A DNA stretch of 64,000 nt from Planctomycetota bacterium (GTDB lineage Bacteria > Planctomycetota > Planctomycetia > JALXBF01): positions 1 through 64,000 of the forward strand of contig JALXBF010000118.1 in NCBI GenBank assembly GCA_026991575.1, in the 5' to 3' direction. Every line of letters begins with the position of its first letter. Position 1 is the first letter of the stretch. Below the pieces are notes generated by a model. It was not told the origin of the DNA. It was given only the letters and a program-made list of their open reading frames with translations, and did no database searches. The position numbers and the translations under genes are program-made. Shown here one piece after another: positions 39,544 through 50,759 of this stretch.

Positions 39544-40007
39544 GGCCGGCCCCGTTCCGGTGCAATCACGTCTCGTGCCGTTCGATACACCGTGCCGCGG
39601 CACGGCGGCACCCGGATACGATATCGCAACCGCGCCACGTCGTCCATGCGTGCAGTACGTCTGATTGTCTCGATCGGCCCCAATTCCGTCCGTCCGGCGG
39701 TTCTGACCTGTCGTTTGGCGCGCCACTCGAGCCGAGCTGGGCACCCGGGTTAGGTCCGGATACGCTCGGTACAAGACCTGGCCTGCTCAACTTGCGTGGG
39801 ACCGTTGGAATGTCGACGAAGAGCCGGCGGACGCGCATCCGACGACGCCGCCAGCGCCAGCCGCTGCGACGAAACCATACAGGGGGACCCGCGGGCGCCG
39901 GCACGTGCCCGACAGCCCAAGGTGACCGCGGCTGGTCCGGGCTGCGCTACCGTAGCGTGTCCTGAGGCCAAAGCAGGAGAGCGGTTCGCATTCCGTTCCG
40001 CAAGCAG

Positions 40008-40093
40008 TGCCGAAGGCGGGAGTCGAACCCGCACGGGGGGTGAACCCCACCGGATTTTGAATCCGGCGCGTCTGCCAATTCCGCCACTTCGGC
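40008..40093 (-). tRNA. tRNA-Leu (anticodon CAA)
   Basis: GCCGAAG acceptor pairs CTTCGGC; D-arm GCGGAATTGGCAGACGC; CCGGA-TTCAAAA-TCCGG; long variable arm; GGTTCGACTCC; CCA not encoded. Confidence 0.97.
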
Positions 40094-40101
40094 CCGTTTC
40101 C

Positions 40102-40107
40102 ATTATA
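40102..40107 (-). promoter_or_regulatory. Perfect -10 box upstream of tRNA-Leu
   Basis: TATAAT on the minus strand 8 nt upstream of the tRNA 5' end; no clear -35. Confidence 0.5.
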
Positions 40108-40124
40108 GTTCTGCCCGTCCTGCT

Positions 40125-41441
40125 TCAGATGCCAGGACGGGCGATGGGGTAACGACCATCGGCGTCGGGCTGAACTGGCGGCGGCGTCTCCCACGCCATC
40201 CGGTCCACATCAGGGGCCAGCCGCTGATCGGAAGCCAGCAGCTCGTCCCGCCGCACCAACTTGCCTGTCCACGCTGCCGTTCGTCCCATCAGCACCGTCA
40301 GGCAGGCATACGCGCAGCGTTCCGCTTCGTTGTGCGGTTTGTCGGACCGGATCGCCTCGACGAGCACGTCCAGCTCACGCTGGTACGGATTCGGCCTGGG
40401 CCCTTCGTACGTCCAGACCAGATCTTCCCGACGCATGCGGTGGTCCTTGAACAGGGCGGAAGCGGGGCGGGCGAAGTTGAGCATGATGCGGGCAGCGCCG
40501 CGAGTTCCGTGCGCGTAGTCTCCGGCCTGATTCCAACACCCGGGCATGTGACGCGCGAACACGAACAGTTTCGTCCCGTCGGCAAAGGTGTACTCCACCG
40601 AATAGTGGTCCCACATCTGATCGGGTTCATCACGGACGATGCGACCGCCCATGCCGTGCGCCTCCACGGGCCACGCCCCTTTAGCCCAGCAGGCCACGTC
40701 GACGTGGTGGATGGCCCAGTCCACGAAATAGCCGCCGTTGAGCCAACTGAAGCTGTAGAAGTTGCGGATCTGATGCGCCAGCTCCGACTCACCGGGTCGT
40801 CGCTTCGGCGAGCGGACCGGTCCCTGCATCCGATAGCTGCGCAGGCAAGTCACCTGACCGATGGCCCCGTCATGGATCCGCTTGATGACTTCCTGCCGCG
40901 GCACGGACTGGCGCCAGACGAGTCCGCCCATGATCTTCAGGTTCTTCTCAGCCGCGATCCGGCCAGCGGCCAGCACGCGGCGGACGCCCGGAGGATCAAC
41001 GGCGAACGCTTTCTCCATGAACACGTGGACAGCTTGCTGCACGGCATATTCAAGGTGGAGCGGCCGGAACACGGGCGGGGTGGCCAGCAGTACGAGCCCG
41101 CCCGGCGCGACGCAGTCGATGGCGTGCCGGTATGCGTCGAAGCCGAGAAACTGCCGTTCGGGCGGAACATCAACCGAGGATTCGAACCGGCGCTTGAGGA
41201 TCTGCAGGCTTGCGCTCAGCCGGTCGCGGAACACATCAGCCATTGCCACGAGCTTCACGGGGCCGGCAGTGGACAAAGCGTTGGCAGCGGCTCCGGTTCC
41301 ACGAGAGCCGCAACCGACCAGAGCCACGCGAAGCACGTTCTGTTCATGGATCGCTGCGTTCGATCGCAAGGGGTAAGCGGTGGCCGCAGCTGCGGTCGCA
41401 AGGAACCGGCGACGAGACAGAGTCGTACGTTCCTGCCGCAT
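40125..41441 (-). CDS. Tat-exported Gfo/Idh/MocA oxidoreductase
   Basis: SRRRFL Tat motif; VGCGSRGTG; HVFMEK; WAIHHVD. Confidence 0.9.
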   Translation of the reverse strand: MRQERTTLSRRRFLATAAAATAYPLRSNAAIHEQNVLRVALVGCGSRGTGAAANALSTAGPVKLVAMADVFRDRLSASLQILKRRFESSVDVPPERQFLGFDAYRHAIDCVAPGGLVLLATPPVFRPLHLEYAVQQAVHVFMEKAFAVDPPGVRRVLAAGRIAAEKNLKIMGGLVWRQSVPRQEVIKRIHDGAIGQVTCLRSYRMQGPVRSPKRRPGESELAHQIRNFYSFSWLNGGYFVDWAIHHVDVACWAKGAWPVEAHGMGGRIVRDEPDQMWDHYSVEYTFADGTKLFVFARHMPGCWNQAGDYAHGTRGAARIMLNFARPASALFKDHRMRREDLVWTYEGPRPNPYQRELDVLVEAIRSDKPHNEAERCAYACLTVLMGRTAAWTGKLVRRDELLASDQRLAPDVDRMAWETPPPVQPDADGRYPIARPGI

Positions 41442-41734
41442 CGGTTCGCCTCCAAGGTTGAGGACTGGCTATAGAAGATAAACCAGCGCTTGATTATAAA
41501 CAATTGCCAGCACCCCCCACAATCGGACCCCAGCTGGCGCCTGTGGGCGGTACGTCCGATCGTCGGGAACGGGCTGCCGCCCGCTGCGCGGTCCCCGAGC
41601 GGGAGACGATCGCGGCCGACGGTGTTCTCGAACGCTCCCGATACGAGAGCCACATTGCCCCCCGAAGAGACGGGCACGATCCTCTGGGGAGCCGCTACGA
41701 TAGACACTCGGACATTCCACCGGAGGAGTGGGGC

Positions 41735-42766
41735 ATGAGCCGGCGCGCCTTCCGTTCCCAACGCCTTTTGCCAAACGCCGTGTTTGTCGTGCTGCTGCTG
41801 GTCGCCGGACCGAACGGCGGTGTGGCTTGCGCTCAGACCGGCAAGCCGGTCATCACAAAGCTGGGGACGATCGATTGTGACCTTGTCGAGACGACGCCGG
41901 TCGTGTTTCGCGGCCGTCTGTACCGGTTCGAGTACGTGCGGACGCGCTATCGGCACAATCTGCTGGGCAAACCGTACTTTCGGCTGGTCGATGTGAAGCA
42001 GGGCAGGGCAGGACGGCCGTTTGGGATCGGCCTGGAGCTGGGTTGTGCGTTTGCCAGCCGTGACCAACTTTTCTGTTACGGGGTGCGCGGATGGGGGACG
42101 GACACGATCTACGGTTGCGTCAATTCCGACCTGGAGCGTTGGACGGTGTGGCCCGCGCTCCGTTTGCCGGGCTGGAAGATCTTCAACACGTCGGTAACCG
42201 CGGGGGATCGTGGCTACGTGATGGCGATCGAGATCGGCGAGCCACGCTCCGTGGCAGGAGTGCCATTCACGGTGGTATTTGCCCGTTCAGAGGACCTGCG
42301 CCACTGGGAGCTGCTCCCGACCGAACGGTTTTCTTTCGGAGTGGATCGCTATACGGCGTGTCCGACGCTGCGGTACCTCGACGGCTGGTACTACATGACC
42401 TACCTGGAGCGGCGGCCGGGGAGGCGCTACGAGACGTGGCTTGCTCGTTCGCGCGACCTGACCGCCTGGCAGCTCAGCCCGCTGAACCCGTTCTTGTCCG
42501 CTGACGAGGCCGACCGACGCATCGCAAACCCCAGGTTGACCGCCGAAGAGAGGAGGCGGATCCGATCGGCAGTGAACATCAACAATTCGGACGTCGACTT
42601 TTGCGAGTACGGCGGCCAGGTCTACATCTACTACAGCTGGGGCAACCAACGCGGCGTGGAGTTCTTGGCCGAGGCCCGCTACGAGGGCAGCTTGAATCAG
42701 TTACTAGCTGGGTTTTTTGGGGCAGCGAACGGACGGGCGCATGATCCGGGGAAGGCTGGGCCCTGA
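41735..42766 (+). CDS. Secreted five-bladed beta-propeller glycoside hydrolase-like protein
   Basis: RBS GGAGGAG; signal peptide; repeats SDLERW, SEDLRHW, SRDLTAW; ACPT...DGWYY; NNSDVD. Confidence 0.65.
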   Translation: MSRRAFRSQRLLPNAVFVVLLLVAGPNGGVACAQTGKPVITKLGTIDCDLVETTPVVFRGRLYRFEYVRTRYRHNLLGKPYFRLVDVKQGRAGRPFGIGLELGCAFASRDQLFCYGVRGWGTDTIYGCVNSDLERWTVWPALRLPGWKIFNTSVTAGDRGYVMAIEIGEPRSVAGVPFTVVFARSEDLRHWELLPTERFSFGVDRYTACPTLRYLDGWYYMTYLERRPGRRYETWLARSRDLTAWQLSPLNPFLSADEADRRIANPRLTAEERRRIRSAVNINNSDVDFCEYGGQVYIYYSWGNQRGVEFLAEARYEGSLNQLLAGFFGAANGRAHDPGKAGP

Positions 42767-42864
42767 GTGGCACAACCTGCGCGCTGGGTTCGGCCATGGG
42801 CAAGCGGGTGTCCGCGAAACTTGTGTCCGTCGGGAACAAAGCGTGACGTGAAGGGGAGCCCTAA

Positions 42865-43653
42865 ATGATGGCCCGGGGCGCACCACACAAAGAAGACAGA
42901 GAAGACGTAGACGTCTTGGCCGTTGCCATTGTTCTGGCGCCATGCGCCGCGGCCATAGCTTTCTTCTTCCCGGGGATTTTTGCTGTGCTCACGGGAGCCG
43001 TTGTCTTCGGCACGTTCTTCACCCTGATGCGCCAAAAGGAACAGGGTGTTGTCAGGGCGATCTATGGGCCAGAGCCACCCAAGAGACAGCAAACTTATGC
43101 AGTCGTGACGGCCTTGATCTGCTCAGTTGGTCTCATGTTCGTCGCAATCGTGTGGTCGCTGCTGCTTTACCTCGGTCGATCGCGGTTGCGGTCGGCTCTG
43201 GGCATCGTTTGCTTCGTGGCGTCTTTGATGGTCCTGGCTTGGCGTGCGGAGCGAGTGTACCGGATGGGGGGCGACGGGCGTAGGTGGATACTTCACCGGG
43301 GGGTACCGCTTGCTGCGATCCTCTCGTCGCTCGTTTTTGCCTTCACGAATCCAGAACCTGAGCTCCCGTCCTTTTGGGAGACGATTTCTCGCTGGCTGAA
43401 GGGAGAGGGGCGGACGCTTAGCGATGTGGTCGAGGGTGCTTACTGGACGCTCTACAAGGTGAACGAGTTGATCGAGGAGGTGATATCGCAGTTCCTCTCC
43501 TGGTTCCTCCCAGAGCGGTTAGCAGCGCTGCTGACCCGCGTCATTGCATTTCTGGTTTCGGTGAACAGCGGACACGGGGTCATTGCCGCGGCGTATGCCA
43601 TAGTTGCGTGCCCCGGTCACAGGCCTCTGGGAAAGTCGGCCGCCCTTCACTAG
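42865..43653 (+). CDS. Hypothetical integral membrane protein
   Basis: RBS GGGGAG; about six hydrophobic segments. Confidence 0.65.
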   Translation: MMARGAPHKEDREDVDVLAVAIVLAPCAAAIAFFFPGIFAVLTGAVVFGTFFTLMRQKEQGVVRAIYGPEPPKRQQTYAVVTALICSVGLMFVAIVWSLLLYLGRSRLRSALGIVCFVASLMVLAWRAERVYRMGGDGRRWILHRGVPLAAILSSLVFAFTNPEPELPSFWETISRWLKGEGRTLSDVVEGAYWTLYKVNELIEEVISQFLSWFLPERLAALLTRVIAFLVSVNSGHGVIAAAYAIVACPGHRPLGKSAALH

Positions 43654-44245
43654 CTACCACAGTCGGTTTCAGACGAGCGTTGACGCGCACGCTAGCCGAC
43701 GTCGGTTGACGTCCCGCGGTGCCTTTGGGGCTGGCCGCTCCCTGCGCGGTGGCTCATGAGCACAAGGACTTACGTTGAAGTACCGCTGACCGAACTTGAT
43801 CCTATTGTTCGACCCACGCACAATCGTTTGGTTCTTCTCAGTCGGCAGACACGGTTCGGGATTCGTGGTTTGCGGACCTGGGCAAGAGACTAGCCGGCCC
43901 GAACTGTTCTTCCGGCTCCCCCAATCGCCGAGTCCACAGGACCGTTCCTGCGAAGCGACCACGGGGGGCACGGCCACGAACCAGAACCAGCCAACGTAGG
44001 GCGAGGCCGTGGCCAAAGGTCCAAGGGATGTTCAGCTTTGTGTTAGGACAGGCCAATGCGTGGTGGACCGAGAATGTCGGCAGCTCCGGCCCAACCGGGC
44101 AGGAGGATCGGGCGGCCGGTTCCAGGTGCTGCATCGGGGCAGAGGCTGAATCGGTCCGTGGCTAGGTTCGCAAACGAGAGGCACGTTGCGATAGACTTTT
44201 TGCTTGGCTCCATTGGAGACGGCTGTCATGTTGTGGAGCAAGATC

Positions 44246-45799
44246 ATGATGACGAGCAGAGCGGGACGCGCACTTGGGCTGGTTGTCTGCCTGGTGGTTG
44301 TGAACCGGCTGGCGGCAGCGCAGGAGAGGATCGAGCCGCTGCAGCGGATTCCGGGGGCGAAACCGCGCAATGTGATCTTCATCCTCACGGACGATCACCG
44401 CTGGGACGCGTTCGGCTTCATGGGGCATCCGTTCCTGGAGACACCTCAGATGGACCGGCTTGCGCGCGAGGGAGTCCACTGTGCGAATGCGTTCGTCACG
44501 ACTTCGCTCTGCTCGCCCAGCCGGGCGTCGATCCTGACCGGCCTCTACGCGCACAACCACCGGGTGATCAACAACAACGAGCCGCTGCCGCCCGGTCTGA
44601 TCTACTTCCCGCAGTACCTTCAGAAGGCTGGCTACCAGACGGCATTCGTCGGCAAGTGGCACATGGGGCATACCGATGACAGTCCGAAGCCTGGGTTCGA
44701 CTTCTGGCTGAGTTTTCGGGGCCAGGGCTTCTACAACTCACCGCGGCCGAACTACACGCTGAACCTCAACGGCAAGCGGGTGCCTCAGACCGACTACATC
44801 ACCGACTTTCTCACGGACCACGCGATCGAATGGCTCAAGCAGCGAGACCGCTCGCGGCCGTTTTTCCTGTACCTCTCACACAAAGCCGTCCACGGTCCGT
44901 TCGAGCCAGCCAAGCGGCATCGCGGCCGGTACGCCAACCAACCGATGCCACGGCCGGTGACGCTGCACGAGACACCGGCCAACTATCTGCTCAAGCCACG
45001 CTGGGTACGGGATCAGCGGAATAGCTGGCACGGTGTGGACTTCCCGTACCACGGCCGACTCGGTTCTCTGGAGGAGCTCTACCGGCGATACTGCGAGACG
45101 CTGCTGGCGGTGGACGAGAGCGTTGGTCGGATCATGGACTATCTCAAGCAGGAAGGCATTCTGGACAGCACGATCATCATGTACATGGGCGACAACGGGT
45201 TCGGCTGGGGCGAGCACGGGCTGATCGACAAGCGCACGGCGTACGAATGGTCGATGCGTGTGCCGCTGTTGGTGCGCTGTCCGGAGCTGTTCAAGCCTGG
45301 CACGAAGCTGGAGCAGCTTGTAGCCAACATCGACATTGCGCCGACGATCCTTGAGGCTGCGGGGCTGCGAGCTCCGGAGCACATGGACGGCCGAAGCTTC
45401 CTGCCGCTGTTGCGCGGCGAGGAGGTGGCCTGGCGCGATGCGCTTCTGTACGAGTACTACTGGGAGCGGAACTTCCCGCAAACCCCGACCATGCACGCCA
45501 TTCGCACCGACCGGTTCAAGTACATCCACTACTATGGGATCTGGGACGTTGACGAACTGTACGATCTGAAGAACGACCCGCACGAACGGGTCAACCTGGC
45601 GTACGATCCGAAGTATCGCTCGGTTGTCCAGAGGCTTAATCGGCGGCTGTTTGAGCTCCTGGAGCAGACTGGCGGCATGTACATTCCGCTGTACCGCGAC
45701 CGAGGAGGCCAGCTGAATCTTCGGTCTCCCGAGGGCAGGGAGGCGGCCTCGTTTCCCAACCAGCTCATGGCTCCGTCTGTGCCGGACCGGCGCCGCTGA
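44246..45799 (+). CDS. Formylglycine-dependent (S1) sulfatase
   Basis: NVIFILTDD, CSPSRASILTG, GKWH, GDNG...GEHG..DKR; signal peptide. Confidence 0.95.
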   Translation: MMTSRAGRALGLVVCLVVVNRLAAAQERIEPLQRIPGAKPRNVIFILTDDHRWDAFGFMGHPFLETPQMDRLAREGVHCANAFVTTSLCSPSRASILTGLYAHNHRVINNNEPLPPGLIYFPQYLQKAGYQTAFVGKWHMGHTDDSPKPGFDFWLSFRGQGFYNSPRPNYTLNLNGKRVPQTDYITDFLTDHAIEWLKQRDRSRPFFLYLSHKAVHGPFEPAKRHRGRYANQPMPRPVTLHETPANYLLKPRWVRDQRNSWHGVDFPYHGRLGSLEELYRRYCETLLAVDESVGRIMDYLKQEGILDSTIIMYMGDNGFGWGEHGLIDKRTAYEWSMRVPLLVRCPELFKPGTKLEQLVANIDIAPTILEAAGLRAPEHMDGRSFLPLLRGEEVAWRDALLYEYYWERNFPQTPTMHAIRTDRFKYIHYYGIWDVDELYDLKNDPHERVNLAYDPKYRSVVQRLNRRLFELLEQTGGMYIPLYRDRGGQLNLRSPEGREAASFPNQLMAPSVPDRRR

Positions 45800-45895
45800 A
45801 CGGGTAGCGTGCCGGGACGTACTAACAGCAGTGAATCCGGCACAACCTCCAGATGACAGGCGCGCCTGGGCGCGTTCTGAGCGACGGCGAGAGAG

Positions 45896-47686
45896 ATGCC
45901 GCGCATGTTCTCGGACAAGGGGACTGTGCTCTCGCTAGCCATTGGGGCGCTACTGGCCGTAGGGGGCTGCTCGGCCGAGCCGCCACCTCGGGTGGACGAC
46001 TCGGCCGAGCCTCGCGCGGCCGCCGCGCCGGTGGCCGCGGCCACAGGCCGAGTGGCGCGGCGTGGTGCCGGCACGGTCCAGACGGAAACGAGCAATCCGG
46101 CGCCGTGGGTCCGGTTCCGGGACGAGGCGCGGCAGCGCGGCCTGACGTACGCCTGGCCGCGCAAGCCCCGTCCGATGCGCAACTTGGAGGCGTTTGGCAC
46201 AGGCTGCGCGGTGTTCGACTACGACAACGACGGCTGGCAGGACGTGCTGTTGGTTGGCGAACCCGCGCCGCTTTTGTATCGAAACCTGGGGCAGGGCCAG
46301 TTTGAGGACGTCAGTGAGGCGACGGGCCTGGCCCGCTTGCGCACGAACAACTGGAAAGGCGTGGCTATCGGTGATTACGACGGTGACGGCTGGTTGGACG
46401 TGTTCCTGGCCGGCTACCGTTGCCTGGCGCTGTTGCGAAACGTCGAGGGGAAGCGGTTTGAGGACGTCACCACAGCGGCAGGTTTTGACCGCGAGAACCG
46501 CAAGCATTGGGGAAGCGGAGCGGGCTTCATGGACCTGGACAACGACGGCGACCTGGACCTGGTGCTGCTGAACTACGTTGTGTTTGGCCCGAACGAGCGG
46601 CAGTACTGCGACTTTGGCGGCGTCAAATCGGGCTGTCCGCCTCAGACCTACCGACCGGAGTTCCCCGAGCTGTGGAAGAACGAGGGGGGAAGATTCGTCG
46701 AATGGACGGCACAGTCCGGGCTGGACGGGGCCCACGGCAAAGCACTGGTGCTGGCGTTCGCTGACATCGACAACGATGGCCTGATGGATTTCTACATCGG
46801 CAACGATGGCGAACCGGCCGAGTTGTGGATGAACAAGGGGGGATTGCGGTTCGAGGACATGGGGGCGCTCAGCGGGGTGTCTGCCGGAATGTACGGCAAC
46901 GCCATGGCCGCGATGTGTGCCGATTGGGGAGACTTCGACCGCGACGGTCATCTGGACTTGATCGTCAGCGACTTTAGCGGCGCACCCTACGCGGTGTTTC
47001 GCAACACAGGCGTCGGCCTGTTCCAGGAATACAGCGCGGCCGTCGGCGTGCGGAACGCTACGATGAACGCGCTGGGGTTCGGCGGTAAGTGGATCGATTT
47101 CGACAACGATGGCTGGCTGGACATCTCCTTCGTAAACGGTCATGTGTACGACAACGTGGAGGAGTTCGATCCGAGCACCCGGTTCCGGCAGCCGGTGATG
47201 CTGTTCTACAGCCATCAGGGCAAGCGGTTCACCGACCTCGTGCCGTTCATGCCGTCCGACGTAGGACGGCCTATCCTGGGACGCGGCCTCGCCAGCGGCG
47301 ATCTGGACAACGACGGTCGCGTGGATCTGGTTGCGGTCGATTACGAAGGACCGGTAATGGTGCTGTGGAACCACACCGAGACGGAGAACAACTGGATCAT
47401 GCTGGACGTGCGTGGGGAGGCTCCGAACACATTCGCGTACGGGGCGAAGGTGACCGTGGAGACGGACCAGGGGAGCTGCCTAGCATTTGTCTCGCCTGCG
47501 TCGAGTTATCTGTCGTCTTCAGATCCTCGCCTACACTTCGGGCTTGGCACGGCGTCCATTCGCAAGGTGCGGATCGAGTGGCGCAGCGGTACGGTACGCG
47601 AATTCGAGAACCTCACACCCAACCTGATCTACATCGTGCACGAGAACGGAGAGATCAAGCCCGCTGCCACTGGCGACCGCCGCTGA
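45896..47686 (+). CDS. CRTAC1/ASPIC-UnbV family lipoprotein (FG-GAP repeats)
   Basis: Lipobox VGGC; repeated DxDxDGxxD; C-terminal SYLSSSDPRLHFGLG. Confidence 0.9.
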   Translation: MPRMFSDKGTVLSLAIGALLAVGGCSAEPPPRVDDSAEPRAAAAPVAAATGRVARRGAGTVQTETSNPAPWVRFRDEARQRGLTYAWPRKPRPMRNLEAFGTGCAVFDYDNDGWQDVLLVGEPAPLLYRNLGQGQFEDVSEATGLARLRTNNWKGVAIGDYDGDGWLDVFLAGYRCLALLRNVEGKRFEDVTTAAGFDRENRKHWGSGAGFMDLDNDGDLDLVLLNYVVFGPNERQYCDFGGVKSGCPPQTYRPEFPELWKNEGGRFVEWTAQSGLDGAHGKALVLAFADIDNDGLMDFYIGNDGEPAELWMNKGGLRFEDMGALSGVSAGMYGNAMAAMCADWGDFDRDGHLDLIVSDFSGAPYAVFRNTGVGLFQEYSAAVGVRNATMNALGFGGKWIDFDNDGWLDISFVNGHVYDNVEEFDPSTRFRQPVMLFYSHQGKRFTDLVPFMPSDVGRPILGRGLASGDLDNDGRVDLVAVDYEGPVMVLWNHTETENNWIMLDVRGEAPNTFAYGAKVTVETDQGSCLAFVSPASSYLSSSDPRLHFGLGTASIRKVRIEWRSGTVREFENLTPNLIYIVHENGEIKPAATGDRR

Positions 47687-47952
47687 TCCCAAACAGACCC
47701 CAGGCGGGCAGCCGACCCTGCGCACGTGAGTCGGCGCTTGCCTTCCTCGCGGCGCCCCTCGTCATACGAACGCGACCTGCGACACCCAGCAACTGCTTCC
47801 GGTAGCATGGGAAGGCTCAGCGTTTGCATTGCACCAGAGCTAGCCAGGCAGTGCTTCGGAATCGCGTCGTCTCATCTGTTGGAGCATGGTCGGCGTGGCG
47901 TTGGCGGCAGGCGAACCGGAAGACGAACTGATCCGCCAGCCTACATCAAAAG

Positions 47953-48136
47953 GGTAGGGGGGGGCTTTACGCTCCCCCTGCCGCAGGTTGATTGGATAGC
48001 GCCGCGGTATCCTTGCGAATCTCTCCCTGTCCTGCCGCCGCGAGCGCAGGCCGCGGCGACAGGACGGCAGAGACGCCGTGCTCGAGCCGCGGCGCTATCC
48101 ACTTGACCGGGCGGAACGGGGCCCGAAGCCCTCCTC
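47953..48136 (+). repeat. Structured dispersed element, shortened copy 3
   Basis: G-rich CTTTAC hairpin; GGATAGCGCCGCGG/CCGCGGCGCTATCC 14-bp stem; GAATCT plus internal CGCCGCG hairpin. Confidence 0.7.
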
Positions 48137-48207
48137 GGTGCGAGTTGAGACCGAGCGCAGGGCCGAGGCGGTGATAGCACCTGGTAGGTAAGAGTGGCCG
48201 GCTCGAG

Positions 48208-48660
48208 GTGCCTTTGCTCAGCAACCTGGAGTCTCTGTTCTTGAAGCATGTCCCGGTGTGTCGTGAAGGGATCACGCGCGCCACCATGCGACACTCGCCC
48301 CTGAAGCACGCACGGTGGTGGATCAGAGAACTGCTTAAGCAGGGGGCACGACTGAAGTGTGCCAGGACCGCGGCGACGTGCCCATCCCTCCTCCCGCACG
48401 GGCCGTCGTTGTCGGTGTTGTTGCACCACGACGGCGTTGAGCAGACCAACGATCGAGCAAGCACTGCGGCCTGCGGTGATCTGGGGGAAGATCAGCTTCG
48501 CGAACGAAAGCAAATGTGGTGCTTGCCGTACGGAATGGCGGCTGAGCGTCGCCGAGACGTGCCGACTAATCGAACGCTGCATCCGGACCTTCTGCACGGA
48601 ATGACTGGTTGCCTACCGCCAAGGAAGACAACGTGCACGCCTCCTCCCTGAACCTGCCAC
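48208..48660 (+). mobile_element. IS66-family transposase C-terminal remnant, frameshifted
   Basis: LSVLLHHDGVEQTNDRA, then in another frame EQALRPAVIWGKISFANES..GA....LSVAETCRL, matching the IS66 TnpC TNN.AER.LR..V..RK.S.G motif. Confidence 0.8.
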
Positions 48661-49172
48661 ATGACGGCTGCGACTTCTCCCGTGTCCCTTCAAGCATTAC
48701 CCACGCCGCCGAACCCCGCCTCGATGCTGGCCCCACGCCATCCATCTGCGCCCCTTGAACGGTTGCGCCCCGGACGGAGTTCCGCATGATCCCGAATCGC
48801 CTCTGGTACTGCGCCCGTTCCAAACGTGCCGCGGCTCGACATTGCACCGTCGCAGCACGCGGTGCCTGGCACAGGGCATCGCGGCTCATCGGTGGTTCGG
48901 TCATGTGGTAAAGGCGTGAGCGCTCGAACTGGGTTCCGGCACCTCCGCTGCGCGCAGAAAACTTCCAATCCAAACTGACCGAAACGTCCTGCACGGCAGC
49001 CGCCTATCATGGGGACTCCGCAAGAAGTTCCGGTTGAATCGGGGCTACCGCCACCAGTTCGCGCGAGCAGTCGACACCGCCGTAAGCGGTTACGTTCTGG
49101 GGGAATCCACGAACTACGCGATGTCAGCGTCAGCGCGTGTCGCGTTTACGTCCGGAAACCGTGTGGTCGCGT

Positions 49173-49610
49173 TCACTGCTTATCGGCGAGCCACGTTGCG
49201 ATGGCAGAGATCCGCTCTACCCAGAGCCATACCGAAAGTCTTGGTCGCATCATGAGGACCAGGGTAGTTCCACGCCGCTCGACTCCGATTAGCTCGAGGC
49301 ACACTCCGGACTCGTCGAGCGTGCGCGCGGATCTATGTCGACAGACGAATCTGCATTCGACGACGGACTCCAGCACCACGTCCAGGAAGCGGGTGTAGGC
49401 ATGCTTGCGACGCAGCGATCCCAGAGCCCACCAGACGGTCTTTGCATGCCCACCCCTACCGGGGTCTGCACGTCTCCAAAGCCGCATGTGAAACGCACGC
49501 CGCGATGGAGAGTAACGCATCTCATCGATTCCAGTGTACAACCGGGTCGGACCGACCAAGATTCGCTCGAGCTCATCCACCGAGGACAGCACCTGACTTT
49601 TTCTCGGCAT
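49173..49610 (-). CDS. Putative immunity protein, paralog of 50260-50715
   Basis: RBS GGAGG; 145 aa; shares Y...F.(M/L)RL...(V/L)VL..V..C...C...VE..G...S(V/I).L.V..I.A with the upstream ORF. Confidence 0.55.
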   Translation of the reverse strand: MPRKSQVLSSVDELERILVGPTRLYTGIDEMRYSPSRRAFHMRLWRRADPGRGGHAKTVWWALGSLRRKHAYTRFLDVVLESVVECRFVCRHRSARTLDESGVCLELIGVERRGTTLVLMMRPRLSVWLWVERISAIATWLADKQ

Positions 49611-50259
49611 GTCTCGCCTCCGGGCGCGAAGGCTTCAGTCGGAGTCATCCAGGTAGCACAACTCTTCGAGATCGGTTCTGTCCCGGATGCTGGAAGGAGA
49701 ACCAGGCAATCGCCCGCCCGTTCGCACGACATAGGCCAGAACGAGGCGGCCGTATAGGCTCCTCCGGCCCTGGCTGAGGCCGTACCAGGTAGACGTACTT
49801 TGCCAGGGAAGGCTTCTTTCTCCCAGCGTGGCCGCAGAGCTTCTGTTGACGCGGTCGCCTGAGGCCGTCATAGCGATGTTGCAATGTTCCGCCCCCACAC
49901 GAGGACAGGTTCAGCCCGGAGCCGCCTACAGCGAAACGGGGCCGGACCGGTGCACGGAGCCTACCTCTGGGATCAAGTACGCCACAAGGGAGCGATTGGC
50001 GCTCGTCCGCGGGGGTTGGGCGTGCGCGTGCACGGGTGGCAGCACCTCCCCCGGCAACCCGTACCCGAAACAGCCACAACCGGCGATCCCCTAGCTGGTG
50101 AGGGCATGCGTTTGCCGCCGCGGACACTCGACCGGCCGGGAAGTCGCTCTTACAGCGACGAGTTTCGTGCGCACGCGGTCTATCCCATTCCGGTCGATGT
50201 GCCGCCGAGGGCCACAACCTCCTCGCACGCCGTCCCATACGCCCATCCAACCATTGACC

Positions 50260-50715
50260 TCACTCGCTGGCTGGTGCACGGGGGAACGGTTCCTCCGGAC
50301 GGCAGGCAACCAACTTGGCGCGGATGCTACGCACCCGCAGCCGAATGGAGACAACGTAGTGTGTCAGCAGCCAGAGCACTCCCGGTGCGCCCTGTTCAAC
50401 CCGGCTGAACTCGAAGCTAGCGTACTGTTCGAGAAAGGGCTCGTCACAGATGATCTTGCAGTCCTCCACGTCCATGAGTACCAACTCGAACCGGTCAGTG
50501 GCCGTTTCCCGTGACCGACCACGCTCCGGCACGGCCTTGGCACGTGCGCGCCCCTCAAGCAGATCGGCAAGCCACGGCGCCCTGAGCCGTAGTCGAAATA
50601 CGCCAGTTTGATCGTCATAGGCAATGTCGTGTAACCCAAAGTTCGCGTCGTATAATGGTGCGACTTCTCGTGCCAGCGTCGGAAAGTCTGCGTACGCGCC
50701 AAGAATCCAACCCAC
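50260..50715 (-). CDS. Putative immunity protein downstream of an Rhs toxin-tip remnant
   Basis: GTG with GGAG; 151 aa; lies directly after the candidate toxin C-terminus. Confidence 0.6.
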   Translation of the reverse strand: MGWILGAYADFPTLAREVAPLYDANFGLHDIAYDDQTGVFRLRLRAPWLADLLEGRARAKAVPERGRSRETATDRFELVLMDVEDCKIICDEPFLEQYASFEFSRVEQGAPGVLWLLTHYVVSIRLRVRSIRAKLVACRPEEPFPRAPASE

Positions 50716-50759
50716 TGGTCCCGTCTCCGCTCACAGCCGGTTTCATCTTTCCCACTTGA

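Noticed and set aside
40008..40030. tRNA-Leu 3' end as the att site of an integrated island
   Set aside because: No duplicated tRNA 3' end and no integrase found by eye in the window
45950..47374. Long antisense ORFs (also 1035-2372, 6971-8218, 40332-41474, 35318-36313)
   Set aside because: They shadow well-supported genes on the opposite strand, as expected from high-GC codon bias
50060..50093. GCGCFG on the minus strand as a second MauE remnant
   Set aside because: Preceded by a stop and no flanking hydrophobic helices; may be chance
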